DNA of 64,000 nucleotides from Pavona decussata (taxonomy: Eukaryota). The notes under the pieces are model-generated. The model was given only the letters and a program-made list of their open reading frames with translations, made no database searches and was not told the origin of the DNA. How positions within the stretch are numbered: the stretch's first letter is position 1; each line of letters starts with the position of its first letter. The DNA is taken from assembly GCA_977016875.1 (NCBI GenBank), contig CDRNST010000034.1, positions 682,001-746,000 on the forward strand, written 5' to 3'. Shown here piece by piece: positions 1 to 36,172 of this stretch. A program made the translations under genes and the position numbers.

Positions 1-104
1 TTTCAACTACAGCTGACATGTAGACAGAAGGGAAAATATTAATCCACGAATTGCAACAGAATGATGTTAGGTAATGCAAACATCAAATTTAACAAGGTAG
101 CCAC

Positions 105-3100
105 CTTGAGCCACAATGGCATATTAGGCAGGTTTCGGGGGTTAAACCTCTTGTTCTCATTCCTTTATCCAAAGCTTCTCTTAAGGTGACATCAGGTCGG
201 CATTTCACCTGTGCAGAGGAAAAATGATTAACACTGTCAAGAATGCATACATGTAGTGCTCTGTATTTTTCCAAGGTAATAAGGTCATATATTTGTAAAC
301 AGGACAGAACCATGTCTTGGCACATCTTATTTATAATTAAATGAAATTATTCTAGTTTTATTTTGAAGGCCTTTTTTCCCAAGACAACAAAATTATATTT
401 TGATGTACTCCAATCCAAATTCAATCTGCACCATCTTTTCAAACCGCAAGAATGTATTTTATTTGATCACATTAATTTCACAATGTAGTAAATTCATACT
501 GCAAAGGTTATGCAACTCAGTCAATGACTGTCATATGCACATGGAGGTTACATAACCTATGTCTATGCTATTCTTTTATCCTGCAATAATAAAATTAATA
601 TTTTTACTTTTGAAGGGTTGGGAATTCACATTTACATTCTGTAAGGCTAGGTGGTAGAAGTTTTGATTTAAAATATTGATGAGTCAAATGCAAAATTCCC
701 AGTCCAAAGAAATATAATTTTACTGCTAATGAGATATGAAATAAAAAACTGAGAACAAATGGGCAGCTTTATTGCCTTTTCTGCTTAAAAGACAGGGCAT
801 GTCATTAATATTTTTTTTTCTTTAAGTAAGCAAGAAATGTCTTAGTTTACATTTCCTTTTGTATAAATTCATTTTAACTGAAAATGAAATAGATCGAATT
901 CAATCAAATCCTAGCAGTATACAGGATGTTTATTGCATCATTGAACCTAGTTTAATGGCCTTAGTTCCCACGAGTCTCCTGTAGCTCAGTGGTAGAGCAT
1001 CTGAACTAGTAATCGGAAGGTCTTAGGTTCCACTCCTGATAGGAGCACTCAGTTTTTTTTTCCGAGTATGCCTGTGTCACTCACTGAAAAAATAAATGTA
1101 CCTTTTTCACTGTTTTAAATTTTATAGCATTGTGACAATATAATGAAAATAATTTAAAAAACATGAGAGCAAAAGGCAGTAAGGCTTGTCAGTACAGCAA
1201 CGACTAAAACATTATGTGGCTTCTACCAGCTGTTCCTATTCCTACATGTATCTCTCTGCATGTTGAACATACATTGTACACTCGGCAATTTTCTTTCTAC
1301 AGCCAACAAACACATCATATTTACCAAAATGGACTTTCAAATGAAGATATTAGACACGTGTAGGTTTGAGGTCCTCTGTTGTTGTCATGGAAACTGACTT
1401 ACACCATAATTATTGGTGAAATTGCTAATCTCAGTAACATGGTAAACTGCTTTGGACAAAAGAAACACCTTTAAACTGTGACTGGGAATAACTGACTGGC
1501 TTAGGGCATAACCAACCTATACTACTTTTGACATCATTTTGTGTTGTTTTAGCTCAGATTCACATCATTTTTTTCAGGTGGTCATTGATTCGTTGTCACC
1601 TCAAATGACACCTCAATATATCATCCACTGCTTTCTGCTTTGTTTTGTGTAAAAACAGAAATCTTGTCCAATCATGGGCTTTTACTCCAAACAAAACACA
1701 AAAACAAAAAGATCTCAGAGCAAATGTTTCCTAAGGAATTAAGGGCCACATGCAAGCAAACTGAGCAATCTAAACAACTCTATATGTCAATAATTATTAT
1801 GGCCAGAGCCCATCCACTGCCATCTAAATATGATGCAAAACCAACAATTTCAATGAATACTTACCACTGTGTATTGATGATTTGGGAGGAACACTCGTAT
1901 GTGAGCACGGAGAGGAGGTGAGAAAGGATGGTCGCTCCCAGTAAAACTACTTCTTGAGCTAGGAATTGGTGATGTAGCACCTGAAGATGAGGGCGTAGTG
2001 CAAGGTGGGCTTGGCTCTGCAGATGACGTTGAGCATGTCGCTGATCTTCTCTCCAATAGCAGCTTCTCTCGGGTTCTCAATTCAGTTAGTTTATTCTTCA
2101 AGTCCACATATTCCTTGAAAAGTAATCAAAGGGTTTGTCTTAATACTGCTCTGGGAAAGAATTCTGCACAGCCCAACACATTAGTTATACATGCGATACT
2201 GTCATACTACCCTTCATACAGCAACCATAAAATGACAGACTTTGACTTGGAAAATGTATACAAGATCAATGCATGGGGCTGTGTGGAAATCTTGCCCTGG
2301 TCAGGGTTGTTCAAAAGCCGATTAACGCTAATACCCAATTAAAAGTTAACAGGTTTTCATCTCACTCATTAAAAATGTTTTTAAAAGCTAATTAAAAGCT
2401 AATGGTAAAGAAAAACATAAGTCAAAACTTAGGGGCAAAAATCTTTAAGCAAAAATTATCAATTAAACTCGAGTCAAAGTTCACATTAACCCAGGATTAA
2501 CTTAATCAGGCTTGGAACAACTGGCCCATGTTTTGTTCGAGTTCGAAGTGATCAGCAGAGGCTATGATGATCAGATCCACATGAGAAGTTCACATGATTT
2601 CAAGAAAACAGACATGGGGCAACCTTTGCTAACCCACAAAAATTAAAGCTGAAAAATAAACTGCAGTACGTGACACTTTGTAAACTGGAATAATAGATAT
2701 GATCCAGGAATAACAAAATAAGGGTCATAGACGTTCCGTCTTGGATTTCTCTTTGAGAAAACAGCCAATACAATGTATTTTAGACCACAACACAAGAGTT
2801 TAAAATGCAATTATTTGCTTAGATCTTTACGAGGACCTTTCACTCAAAAATGAAACCACTTCTGTCTAGAATGCCCCGAGTAACAAGATTGTTCGCACCC
2901 GCTTGAGATGGCTAACATGATAGGGCAACGAGTGAAATGAGAACTTCTTTGATTAGCTTTCATCACCGCAATTATGCAAGCTAGAATTGACCGAGAAAAA
3001 TAAACGTCTTTCATCTCGGAGCAAGTCATTTGAAAATGGATTTGTACTCTTTGTGGCTTACTTAATCAACAAAAATATCACAAAATTGCTTTACCTGAAG

Positions 3101-4370
3101 GTAAAGCGAGCAAAATAATCAGACATCGTGAGTGTACACTACGATGTTTAGTCTAAACCCCAATAACAACATGCGTGAAGGGCAGGTTGATCATCAATAT
3201 CGGAAACTTACATGGAATGCTCTGAACACAACAGATACAACCTAACGCTAATGAAGTTACGATCAATCAGCATTTCTACCAATGATTATCAAGAAATGGG
3301 AAAGGAAAATTCGCTAAGTTAGAGCCAACAATGAGTTTGCTAAAACCAGATACGTGACCTATAGACCCGCACTGTGAATGATGAACACCATTCGTGCGTT
3401 CAACTCCACAAAGCATATTGTAAGATGTTTTTCAGACACATGTATATGTATGGTCGACGAAACGGAAGTTCATTAATTTGAAAAACTTAAACTTATCGGG
3501 TAGAGAGATCGTTCGGATGCACCAAAAAAGGAATGACTTCATCCACGGAAATAAGACTAAATAAGCTGAAGGCTCGAGCTTGCACAGGCATCAAATTTAA
3601 AATACCAGAGAATGGCGACAACAATTTCCTTTTATGTTGCGTGTAGCAAATGCGATAGTACTTCAGATATTCAATTTGAATTAAGGCATAAAAGTCCAGA
3701 CCTGACCAAATATCCAAATAATTTTAATTACAAGTGAAAATTTGTAACTTGCGATTCGAACGTGCAGTCGCCGAGATTTCGATTTGCACCGCATCATACG
3801 TGACAAAATTAAACGCTGCAAAAAATAATTTAAAAATATATTTACTGCAAATATGTAAAATGTCGCATAATGCTTCAAGAGTTTTACATTTTTCTCAGAC
3901 ATCTCTAGCCCTGAGCCATTCGAAAAATTACCAATCATATTTTGCTTGCTATAGTCAGTAAAATTGTCACCCACCTCCAGAAATATCGACGGCGGATGTA
4001 GTACATTTAGAAATTGTCCCTCTATCTTGTCCAAATTTTCCTTGGTAAGCTTGATCACTTTCTGTAAGCTGTTCACCTGCAAATGAGTTGAGCACGACGA
4101 ATATGAGGAAGATTACTTTCGTCGTTCATAGATTGCAATAATAACCGTCTCCGTGTTATGCACCAAATCGAGCAAAACAAAACAACTTATGCTCCGCAGG
4201 TCTGCACGAAAGCGACAATCGAGCAAAAACATGGCACAGACAACCTCGCTAAGCCTTCACAGTCGTTTTGAAAAGTGTTAAAGTACATTGCAAATTACCT
4301 CCACTTCATGATTCGTGCAATTCTGGTCGAGATCTTCAAAAGCTAATGTGTGTTGAGCATCTACCGCCAT
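105..4370 (-). CDS. BRAF: B-Raf serine/threonine kinase, 5' part (coding exons 1-4: BRS domain, Ser/Pro linker, start of Ras-binding domain); gene continues beyond the left edge
   Basis: Exons with GT-AG boundaries and consistent phase: 4370-4299 (MAVDAQ...NHEVE), 4076-3975 (VNSLQKVIKLTKENLDKIEGQFLNVLHPPSIFLE, matching the BRAF-specific VWNIKQMIKLTQEHI...PPSIYLE region), 2113-1865 (EYVDLK...HIRVFLPNHQYTV), 208-105 (VKCRPDVTLREALDKGMRTRGLTPETC, Raf RBD). Exon 2 (102 nt) and exon 4 (104 nt) match the human BRAF exon sizes as I recall them. Confidence 0.93.
943..1110 (+). mobile_element. tRNA-derived SINE-like repeat
   Basis: A-box tagctcagtggtagagc and B-box-like ggttccactcc; homologous copies at 27478-27648 (-) and 27663-27800 (+). 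Confidence 0.7.
2297..2528. mobile_element. MITE of the GGCCC/GTTGTTCAAA TIR family
   Basis: Termini ggttgttcaaaagccgattaacgctaa ... ttaatcaggcttggaacaactggccc. An inverted copy lies at 21705-21944; related termini at 16564-16694. Confidence 0.7.
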
Positions 4371-6648
4371 GATTATTTCTTTTCAGGAAAAGATTGTGTC
4401 ACGTGACAAGAACGCTCCAGAGTAAACTCCGAAGAACTCTGGGAAGAGTTATCAACCATGTTGCTGTGGTTACGACAAAGATTGTTATTCAAGTTCCTTT
4501 AAAGTTTGTTATATGCAAATGTAGAGAGCTTCTCTTTTAGCCGTAAAAGGAAAGTGTGTCATGGCGAGACAGGAAATATCATTAGTAATAAACTTCTGCG
4601 CTGGCGGAGCGGCAAACTGCAAGAAGCAACAAAATAAGGTCATGCATGTTGTAAAAAAAATAAATTAAATTCCATCACGTCTTTTCAGAGCAAGGAGTTG
4701 AACTGAGGGTTTACATGCTGACATATCCCTCAATAAAAAAAAAAAAAAGATTTTTCCAAAATATTTTTTCCTTGGTCACTGACTTGCTGGCTCCAACTTC
4801 CGCACTTTTCATTGCAATCCGGCTTGGACCACTTCACAGCTCGCCCACTTGTTGTAATTAATTTGGCCACAAAGGAGGTCAGTTTCCTTCCGATGTGTCG
4901 CCACACTCCTCTCGTCTGTTTTACACCGTCATAGTTCATTTACTGCTTTTCAATCACTTAAAACAAGCCGGAAATGCGTAATGACTTTGACTCTTATGTG
5001 GGCGATGCAACTGATAAGATTAATATGCGTCTCTATTGACCATCGTATCTTCTACATAAACGTTTGACAAGCTAGTGGAAAACTAAAGATGGCCAACGAT
5101 GTGATACGAGAACAGATGCAACATGACTGTTGCTCTCTTGTTCCTTCCTTGTACCTTCTCTCACTCGGCGACATTTTTTTCTCGTGGCAAGAAGTCTTTA
5201 TTTCGAGGTGTTTTTCGCGTTACAAAACGATAAGCAGGAATTTTAAACAACAAAAGCAGCCAGACATACCTACAGTAACTTGAAAATCACCCGAAACAGG
5301 CCAAAATAATGTTATAGTGTCAGTTACGGTGAGTATTGTGGTGCAAAGATAAATTCCGTTTGTTTTCAGGCGTTACGTGCTTCTTTTTTTCTTCTATAAC
5401 TTCCTTTTTCGCTCCTCTTTCGGTCATCGCCGCAAAGTCTCCTTTTGATGGAATTAGTGAGGCCCCTGGTGAGGCACGCGAGATACAACCGATGAAAACC
5501 AGCCCAGAATCTCAGTAAATCTGAGCTTCCATCGGCGTGGCGGTCATTTGTTTAGGAATGAACGGCTACCGCACGTCACGTATACTGAATTGTACAAAAG
5601 AAACCGATCTTTTTGCCCCTGGGTATTCTTCTTTAACTCTGTTTAACAGACCCACTTAGAGGATTCAAAGATGTCGACAGTAATTCGTGAGGGTCCATAT
5701 GGCCAGCCCCGATTACTTTCAGATTTGCATCATTCTACCGACCGATCTTTGTTCTTTTTACGTGGTCAGCCTGGCTTAGAAGACTTTCTTTTCTCGTTTT
5801 TGATGGGTGATTGTAAGGGGTATAACAGAAGAAACCACGGGAATGAGGTTACTATGGAGATTTGAATAACGCTATAAAGAATAACCTACGGAGATTTTAC
5901 CAAAATCCAGATCCGAATCCGACTGTTTGGAATAGAGTTGAAATATTGTATCTTGTTCATTAAATCTTGCATAAACCAAAACTTGGTTTTGCGATGATTT
6001 CTCTTCTCGCGGACTCGCCTTTTTCCTTGTTTCTAAGAATAACGCATTTCTTATGTTCATGACCCAACTTTAATCAGATAAATTTTAGGGTATGCATGTA
6101 CCAAATACATTCAGATAAGACAGACATATTTTCAAGCCAAATTTCAAAAATGGGCCTTAAAATCGAAAAGAGAAACGTTTGCGAGCTAATGCAAACATTA
6201 CCACTTCCCTAAATTTGGTAACTAAAAGAAAGAAGCCTCCTTATTTTACAAATCTCGCGCTTAGTGTCTATGGTCACCTAGCGTTAAGTACCTTGCTAGC
6301 AGAGCGTTTCTTTCTGGCCATTTGTTTAGCATGTACCTTACAGAGTATGTCTTCGATTATGATCGAGGCCATATGGAAGCAATGCATTCTCGCCGGTCAA
6401 GTCTCGTTCCCAGGGTCTCTCCTCTTTCCGATCCTGGGAACGAGGTTGGTTCAGTTAGCCATCACATTTTTTCGTACGGATTCTATACTTAAAACTTCAG
6501 TTGTGTTCTAAGCAAGAGAAGAATAATATAATATAAAAAATGACTTTATTTTAGTGTCCAAGTATTTAGTGCTGTAGGGCAGTGAATTGAGGACACTGTA
6601 CTGATCAGGCCCATGCAGAGTCATAACCACGTGCATTTGGTAGACAAC

Positions 6649-6740
6649 TAGTCTCCTACGCAGCCGTTCTCAGTGTCGTCACGCAACGCTCCTCCCCAAG
6701 CGTTGCGTGACGACACTAAGAACGGCTGCGTAGGAGACTA
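6649..6740. mobile_element. Near-perfect hairpin MITE with 8-9-bp flanking duplication
   Basis: TAGTCTCCTACGCAGCCGTTCTCAGTGTCGTCACGCAACGCT-loop-AGCGTTGCGTGACGACACTAAGAACGGCTGCGTAGGAGACTA, flanked by TAGACAAC (6641-6648 and 6742-6749). Confidence 0.85.
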
Positions 6741-9700
6741 ATAGACAACTGGCCCGTTGGTTGTTCTACCAAGAGTTCTACTTTTTGCCTTGCTACACCA
6801 TGCTGACGAGAGTCAACCAGCTGGAAACAAGTGTCTACGGTTGCATTTTGATTCTCGGTTTGGTCTCTATCATGTCGCTGACGTGCAGTCGTGTTAAGTT
6901 TTCTACGCAATCAGATCAGCCTTGCAGTTTTCAGACTTATAAATCAATGCCGGAAATAAATATGTAAACTGAACATAATATTTGTTAAAAATCTCTGCTA
7001 ATGGAAGGCAAACCAGTCGGCTATTAATTTACAAAGCGTGGCCTTGGATTTGAAAACGGGGCTACCGTGAAACAAATCCAAGTGGTCAGAACACGTTGGA
7101 CTTGAACCCAGGGCCTCCCGGATTGTAAGTCCGGCGCCCAAACCACTCGGATGATACATTTTGGGCGCCAGATACGCACACCGACCCTCCGGCGTCACAC
7201 CGACCACCGGCAATGAACTCATACCCAGATGTCTGTCGACAGCTCGGTCAGCAAAAAGTGAAAAATCCTTGGCTGGAGGTTGATCTGTGAGCGGATGTAC
7301 GCGGTGGCACCACAGATGGCCGTTGGGCCACAGTGTCCGCTGACCAAGAAGCCCAGACTCTGTACGGCTCTGGTAACGATAGGTGCAATACCGGTTAAGA
7401 TGTTTTGGTTCTGAGTTTGGTGTCATCTCGGAGTTTTAAATCAAAAAGCTCTGATATCGATATGAAACTCGTTTATTAACGTTGAACTCACCTCCCAGCC
7501 ACGCACAGTAAATTCGCAAGCCCAGTATGGATCACATGCCAATCTCTGCAGAGTACTGGACCCAATAGGGTAATCAAAGGGCAAAGAGGACCTCTTGCGA
7601 TCGGCGATATGAAGGCAAATCACTTGATCCCCCCTCATGCCGCAAAACACAGTCATCTGTAAAATAAAAACTCCAGCTCATTGGGCCAAGGAGGCTGTGT
7701 ATAGAGGGGACAAGAGAATACGAACTGCCCGCTTCCTGTTATGCCTCCGAGTTCCTGAAGAAGTGAAGGTTCTAGATCATATTTCTCGAAAAATAAAAGG
7801 ATCATTACACGTGAAGTTCAGTTCATATCCTTCTAAGAACAAAATTTGGTTGCTGGCTACAAAATCAATTTTCATGGAAATGTAATTATTAATTCAATTT
7901 CTCTTTACTGTTAAGAAAAATAAAATAAGTAAAGGGAAGATTACAGCTCATGGCTGCCGTTCAGAGCGGCCACGTTTCACGGGACAAAACCAGCCATTTC
8001 ACGCTTACTGCGAAATAAAGTGACAAACAAACGGGTTTAAGGAAATACAGTATTGCATACCCCCTCGGCTCTTCTTGAAGTGTCACGTCTCTTTGTAGTT
8101 TTGCCATTGCAGAACATCAAACAAAGTTTCGCCATTCGCTCTTTTTCTCCGCCGCTGCGCTTTCAGCAACTCGGTCTCTCAATGCATCACGTTTTCTCGC
8201 TCAGATTTGTGCTATTTTTTTAGCAGTGTTTTGCAATTTCTGTGCTTTAGTCTAAACACTCTTTTTGTTTAACATTGGTCGCGAGGAAAATAAACTGGCG
8301 AGACGCTTCGTAATGAAAGCAACATTTCAGTTTGCGGAAAATCTTAACAGGTGAATTCTTGAGAACTTACAAAACATTGTTGGTGTTTAACGCACTGAAA
8401 TCTGATCAGTATAAAAAAGTAACGCTTATTTAAGCAGAGCTAGAAATATCTCACAGAAAATAACATAACACTTACCTTGAACAAACAAAATTAATTCTAC
8501 TCTCCAAAAAAGGTACCCAACAATTCTAAAAGATGTTTTCTCCTCAACGCTATTCAAGTGCCGACGAAAAGGGGACGTGCGTAGAAACTCTTCAGCGTTT
8601 CAGTCTTGGTAGCTGTAATTCTTCAACGGCAATTGTAAATCAAAGTAAACCATGTGAGGTAACGACCGTCGATGGTGCACATGTTTTTTCCGGGCTTCGT
8701 TCAGTATGACGTCCATTAGGAAAATTTGTAACCCTGACTGTAAGTGCAAAATTTAGTGCCGAGCCAACATCTTCTGATTAATAAATTGCGTTGTTAAGGG
8801 GTCTAGAGCTATTGAACTTCCTGGATGTTGAAATTGACTACGTTTTTTATACGTGCAAGTGAATAAAGATGTCAGAAACAAGTCGATCTTATCTTCGTGG
8901 TAAAACGTCTCAAAACAATGCAGGCAATTAAACTGTTTCAAGGCGATTCTGTTTTGAACTACAAGTAGATTCATGGTCTTTAATGATCAAAATACGCTAC
9001 AATAGTAGTGCTTTAAAACTAACAACTACAAAAAACAGATTTTCTTACGCTTTATGACACCAGGACTTCGTGTAAAAGAACATTAAGCTGTTTTGAGCGG
9101 AAACATTATCGGCTGTTTTACTTTATTTTCTGCCAATAGAAGACAGGGTTTGGCCTCAGTTGTGTAAGCAATGAAGACAAAATGTCGCATAAAAACAAGC
9201 CGTAAAAAAGGTTTTTAAAATTCAGTTCACACGAAATTTGTGACAAATGTTAGAAACGTGCAACAATTGTAACGGCAAGATGGCATACCAGGTATTTTCT
9301 TGAAGAGATACCAAGGGCACAAAAGAAAATTTTGCTTTTTATCATTTGAACGAGACCAGACGATAATTAAAGCAAGGAATGCGTGATTTTTTCTTTCATC
9401 CTTTAATTTAGCAGCTTTTATTTTCTCCTCTTCGGACTTCCAAAACATTGAACTTAGAAGTATTGAAAAAAGTCATCCACAAAATAGCGTAGAACGGCCG
9501 ATACAAACCGCTTTAATACGAATTGTTTCTAGAAGTTAAGCTAAATTCAACTCAGCCGCTTCTCTGTGGGTGACAATACTATAATTCTTTATATTTTTTA
9601 TCTTGAGACTGTAAATTATCTTTACCTTTTGTTGTGCGAACGTCTCAACGTTGTCACCCGGAAAGGGAAGAGGCTATTGTCCACTTTCCGCACGTACAGG

Positions 9701-12700
9701 CTTTAGGTTCAAAGAAACAAGCCGCTTCCTTGCATAATAAAGATTGAGAAACAATTCTTTCGTTAAAGTTAAAATTGTTTGATTAATTATTAGACTTTGG
9801 AGACACCGTAGTCCATTAATCGTTTATGAAGCTGAACTGTGTACACTGAGGACAATAAAGTACGAAGTACAAGTAAATTTGTTAATTAAAAGTTCGATTC
9901 GCATTTTAGCCGAAAATTTGATAAAAGCGTATTACAAGACAGCTGCGCTCATTGTTTCAACATTCAGAACTTTGCAGGAGAGAAAGCATCTGACAAGCAC
10001 ATCCTTCGCTTCCTTAAGTGCGACGAAAAAGGAAAACAATCTCTAGCACTGTCTCAAACCTGTGATTATGGCATCATTGCACTAGATTTGGTTATGCTGG
10101 CCTGTTGATGACGGAGAAACCAGGCCGGGAATACTTTAGTAACCCCCAAAAAGCCTCTCTTGTTTATTTAAAGTTATATTTAGACCTTATAAATTAATTT
10201 ATTATTTGCAATAATTTAATAATTCAAGGCTTAATTGACGACATTGGTAACAAGAATAGTCAGTCTCGTATGTGTAATAACGAGAAAAATAAAAGTGCTG
10301 TGTTGTGATCTTCCTGAGGCAGCGAACACCATTTCCAGAGACGCAAATTAGAAGGAAAGGAGATTGGGCTCGAACTTCTTCCCTCCAAGTCTCCTCGCCA
10401 GTCCAGCACGAAATAGTGCTCAGTCTGCTAGTATACGTAAAGCTCCTCTTCTTCAAGCAATTGTACCTTTCCTAAAAATCTAGCTAGCCTGTTTTTAAAA
10501 CGCCATTTGTATCCCGCCTTTTGACACAAAAACGCCAGGAAGTGTACGCGTGTAACGCTCTGCAACTTACTTTTGATATTTCACTAAACAGAACTATAAC
10601 CTTTCCGCAGAAGTAAATCTGCCAGTTGCTTAATGTCCACAGCACAGGGTGCTTGTACGGACAAGCATTCGAATTAGAAACAAAATAATTCAAAGGGAAA
10701 ACTCCCAACTGGCAAGAACTCGATTAGCTGGCTGTGTAACAAGCGTGCCCGGGGCTTTGATACCGGGGCTAAAGCAACCGGGTTCAAGTGTCACTCTGAT
10801 CGTAAGCTGCAGGACCTCCGATTGACCGGCTTCCTAATCGCTCGGTAGCCTGAATATCAAGGGTTTGCCGTGAAATTTGGAATATTAAATGAAAAATCCC
10901 GTTTAATGCGCAGAAAAAGCAACAAAAACGCTTGCTAGACTGATGCCAGGCAGGCTTTGATGTGCAAGAGAGGATGGAGTATAAAAGCCTTCAGAAATGA
11001 TACTCCACTGACAATATTCAGCGATTCCCGTGAATATTTTTATAGTGCAGTTTCCAATCGGATTGGTCTTTGAAACTGACAAGAACATTAACAGCGCACG
11101 TAGTACACAATATGTCCGCCCCTGAGCACCGCATCAGGCGCCCAAATGGCTTGCGCGTAGACGACCAGTTGACTCTCCACTATACTAGATAGAGGGGAGC
11201 AAATTCCCACAGCAAGATAATCATTTCAGCTTTAGAATTAATAACCCAAGAACGAAAGTGTACAACTTACTCGTTTGCCGCTGGTGAACAGGTCAGATAT
11301 CAATTAAACGAATGTGAAACAACAACAACAACTGTAACAGCCGCACTTTTATTTCAACTGATGTCAATTTTTTTCTTTTTTAAAAAAAATTCCTTTTGTT
11401 TTCACGACATGTTGGCTGTGTGTTATCAGTAAAACTAGAAGTCCCCATCATGCATTAGGAGCAGGCATTCCAAAAATGAGAGATTTTTAGCACTGAATTT
11501 CACGCGGGCAAAGAGAAACAAAGCGTTCGCCTCGCGCTTTACTACTAATCGATTCCACTACTCTATTTCGTAAAGTCTTTAGTATTTGCTGATGACAGAA
11601 ACTTGTGTTTGCGCATACCAAATAGTAACACCGTGATGTTCAAGTAATGACTAGTGACTGCTATAAATTCCCTACACAATAATCCAATGGGCCAAGACCC
11701 AGTCAGGGTTAAAATGGGTACTTCCATTTATGAGCTTCTGGTATAAATTCACGCCTTTAGCGTCCGTATCTCATGCTTGATAAGATAACCAGGAAAGGAA
11801 AAGACAACATTGTGATCAACACAGTTGTGTTAACCCATCTCGTCCAACAAATATGCGCCAAATATTTAGAACCAGCTGGGGTTTTTTGACAGTTATATAT
11901 TATATTAATCTGTGAATACAATAAATAAAGAAGTAATATACACCACAAGGACTACAAATCCTTGAAATAAAACGGCTTTGGGAAATATATATATAAATAC
12001 TATGATCTTGGAAAAACAAAATATGTTGAATTCAATTGAACATATGTATATATTAATTAATATAAAATAATTATATTAGTTCAAAAATACGATTTAATTA
12101 AGTTCTCCTCGATTCCCCATTTGTGCTTTAGACAGCATACTTATATCTTGCTGTTAATCGTCTTGGACTCTCCATATGCACGTTTTTGATACCCAGACCA
12201 CCTTTATATGATTGAAAGATTGGTTTATCAGCAGAGTTGATAAAGTAAATTGGCCTCCGTTAAGAGATTCGAGTGGTGACGTTTAGAGCGTTAGCCCTTC
12301 GTCAGAGTGAATTCGTTTTTACGAAAGGCAGGCTGTAAATAAAAAAAATGAATAAATTACTTTATTTAAGTGTCAATCTCTTTAGCGCAGAGCACTCATT
12401 GGGGACACTTCCCAAATCGAATTGGAATTTAGAAGTGTTGGAGAGGGGAAAACCGGCGGAGAAAAACTTCTCGGAGCAAAGACGAGAACCAACAATAAAC
12501 TTAACCCACATATGACGCCGAGTCCGGGAATCAGGTTCATTATTGTAAACCCATAGCAGCTCAATTGGCTTCCACCTGACACTTACATTACTTTTGTGTC
12601 TTCATTTATTGATTTGGTGTGATCAATCAAAACTTCAAAACATAGTTCAAACACTGTCCGTGGCACCGATTTCTCTGCATCATGGTTACGGCATTGAAAA

Positions 12701-12930
12701 TCGCAAAAGTTTTGACAAAAAATTCATCTTCCAACAAATTGGACTCTTAATCCCCACGAAATTTCATTCGACTAATTTGTTCTTGTTTCCCACGTTACCA
12801 TTCTCCCACCAAAAGTGTAAGCTCCACTGCTCACTATATAAACCACATACAACCAGGCTACAATTCCTTGATTCGCTTTAACGAAGGGCTAACGCTCGAC
12901 ACGTCAGCACTCGACTCTCTTTACGGCGGC

Positions 12931-13031
12931 TAAATTACCCTATCAACTCTAATTAATAAAACCAAACAACAGTTCAATTACAGTTAAATTGCCCTATCAA
13001 CTCTAATTAATAAAACCAAACAACAGTTCAA
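12931..13031. repeat. Tandem duplication, 2 x ~50 bp, just 3' of the CPED1 stop
   Basis: taaatt(a/g)ccctatcaactctaattaataaaaccaaacaacagttcaa occurs twice. Confidence 0.75.
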
Positions 13032-13059
13032 ACATCTTCACTCCTTCAGTGTGTGCTAG

Positions 13060-36172
<23,113 letters not shown>

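Noticed and set aside
3090-3130. Alternative first coding exon of BRAF (CAG|GTAAAG donor)
   Set aside because: Its ATG is in phase 2 while the next BRAF exon needs phase 0, and the phase-0 frame contains a stop.
5281-5283. Selenocysteine UGA in a spliced ~151-codon ORF
   Set aside because: No selenoprotein-like context, and I found no convincing SECIS (AUGA...AA...GA) downstream.
6998-7426. 142-aa ORF as a real gene
   Set aside because: Its 3' third is a SINE-like repeat and part of its 5' resembles the 34311 MITE terminus. No domain recognised.
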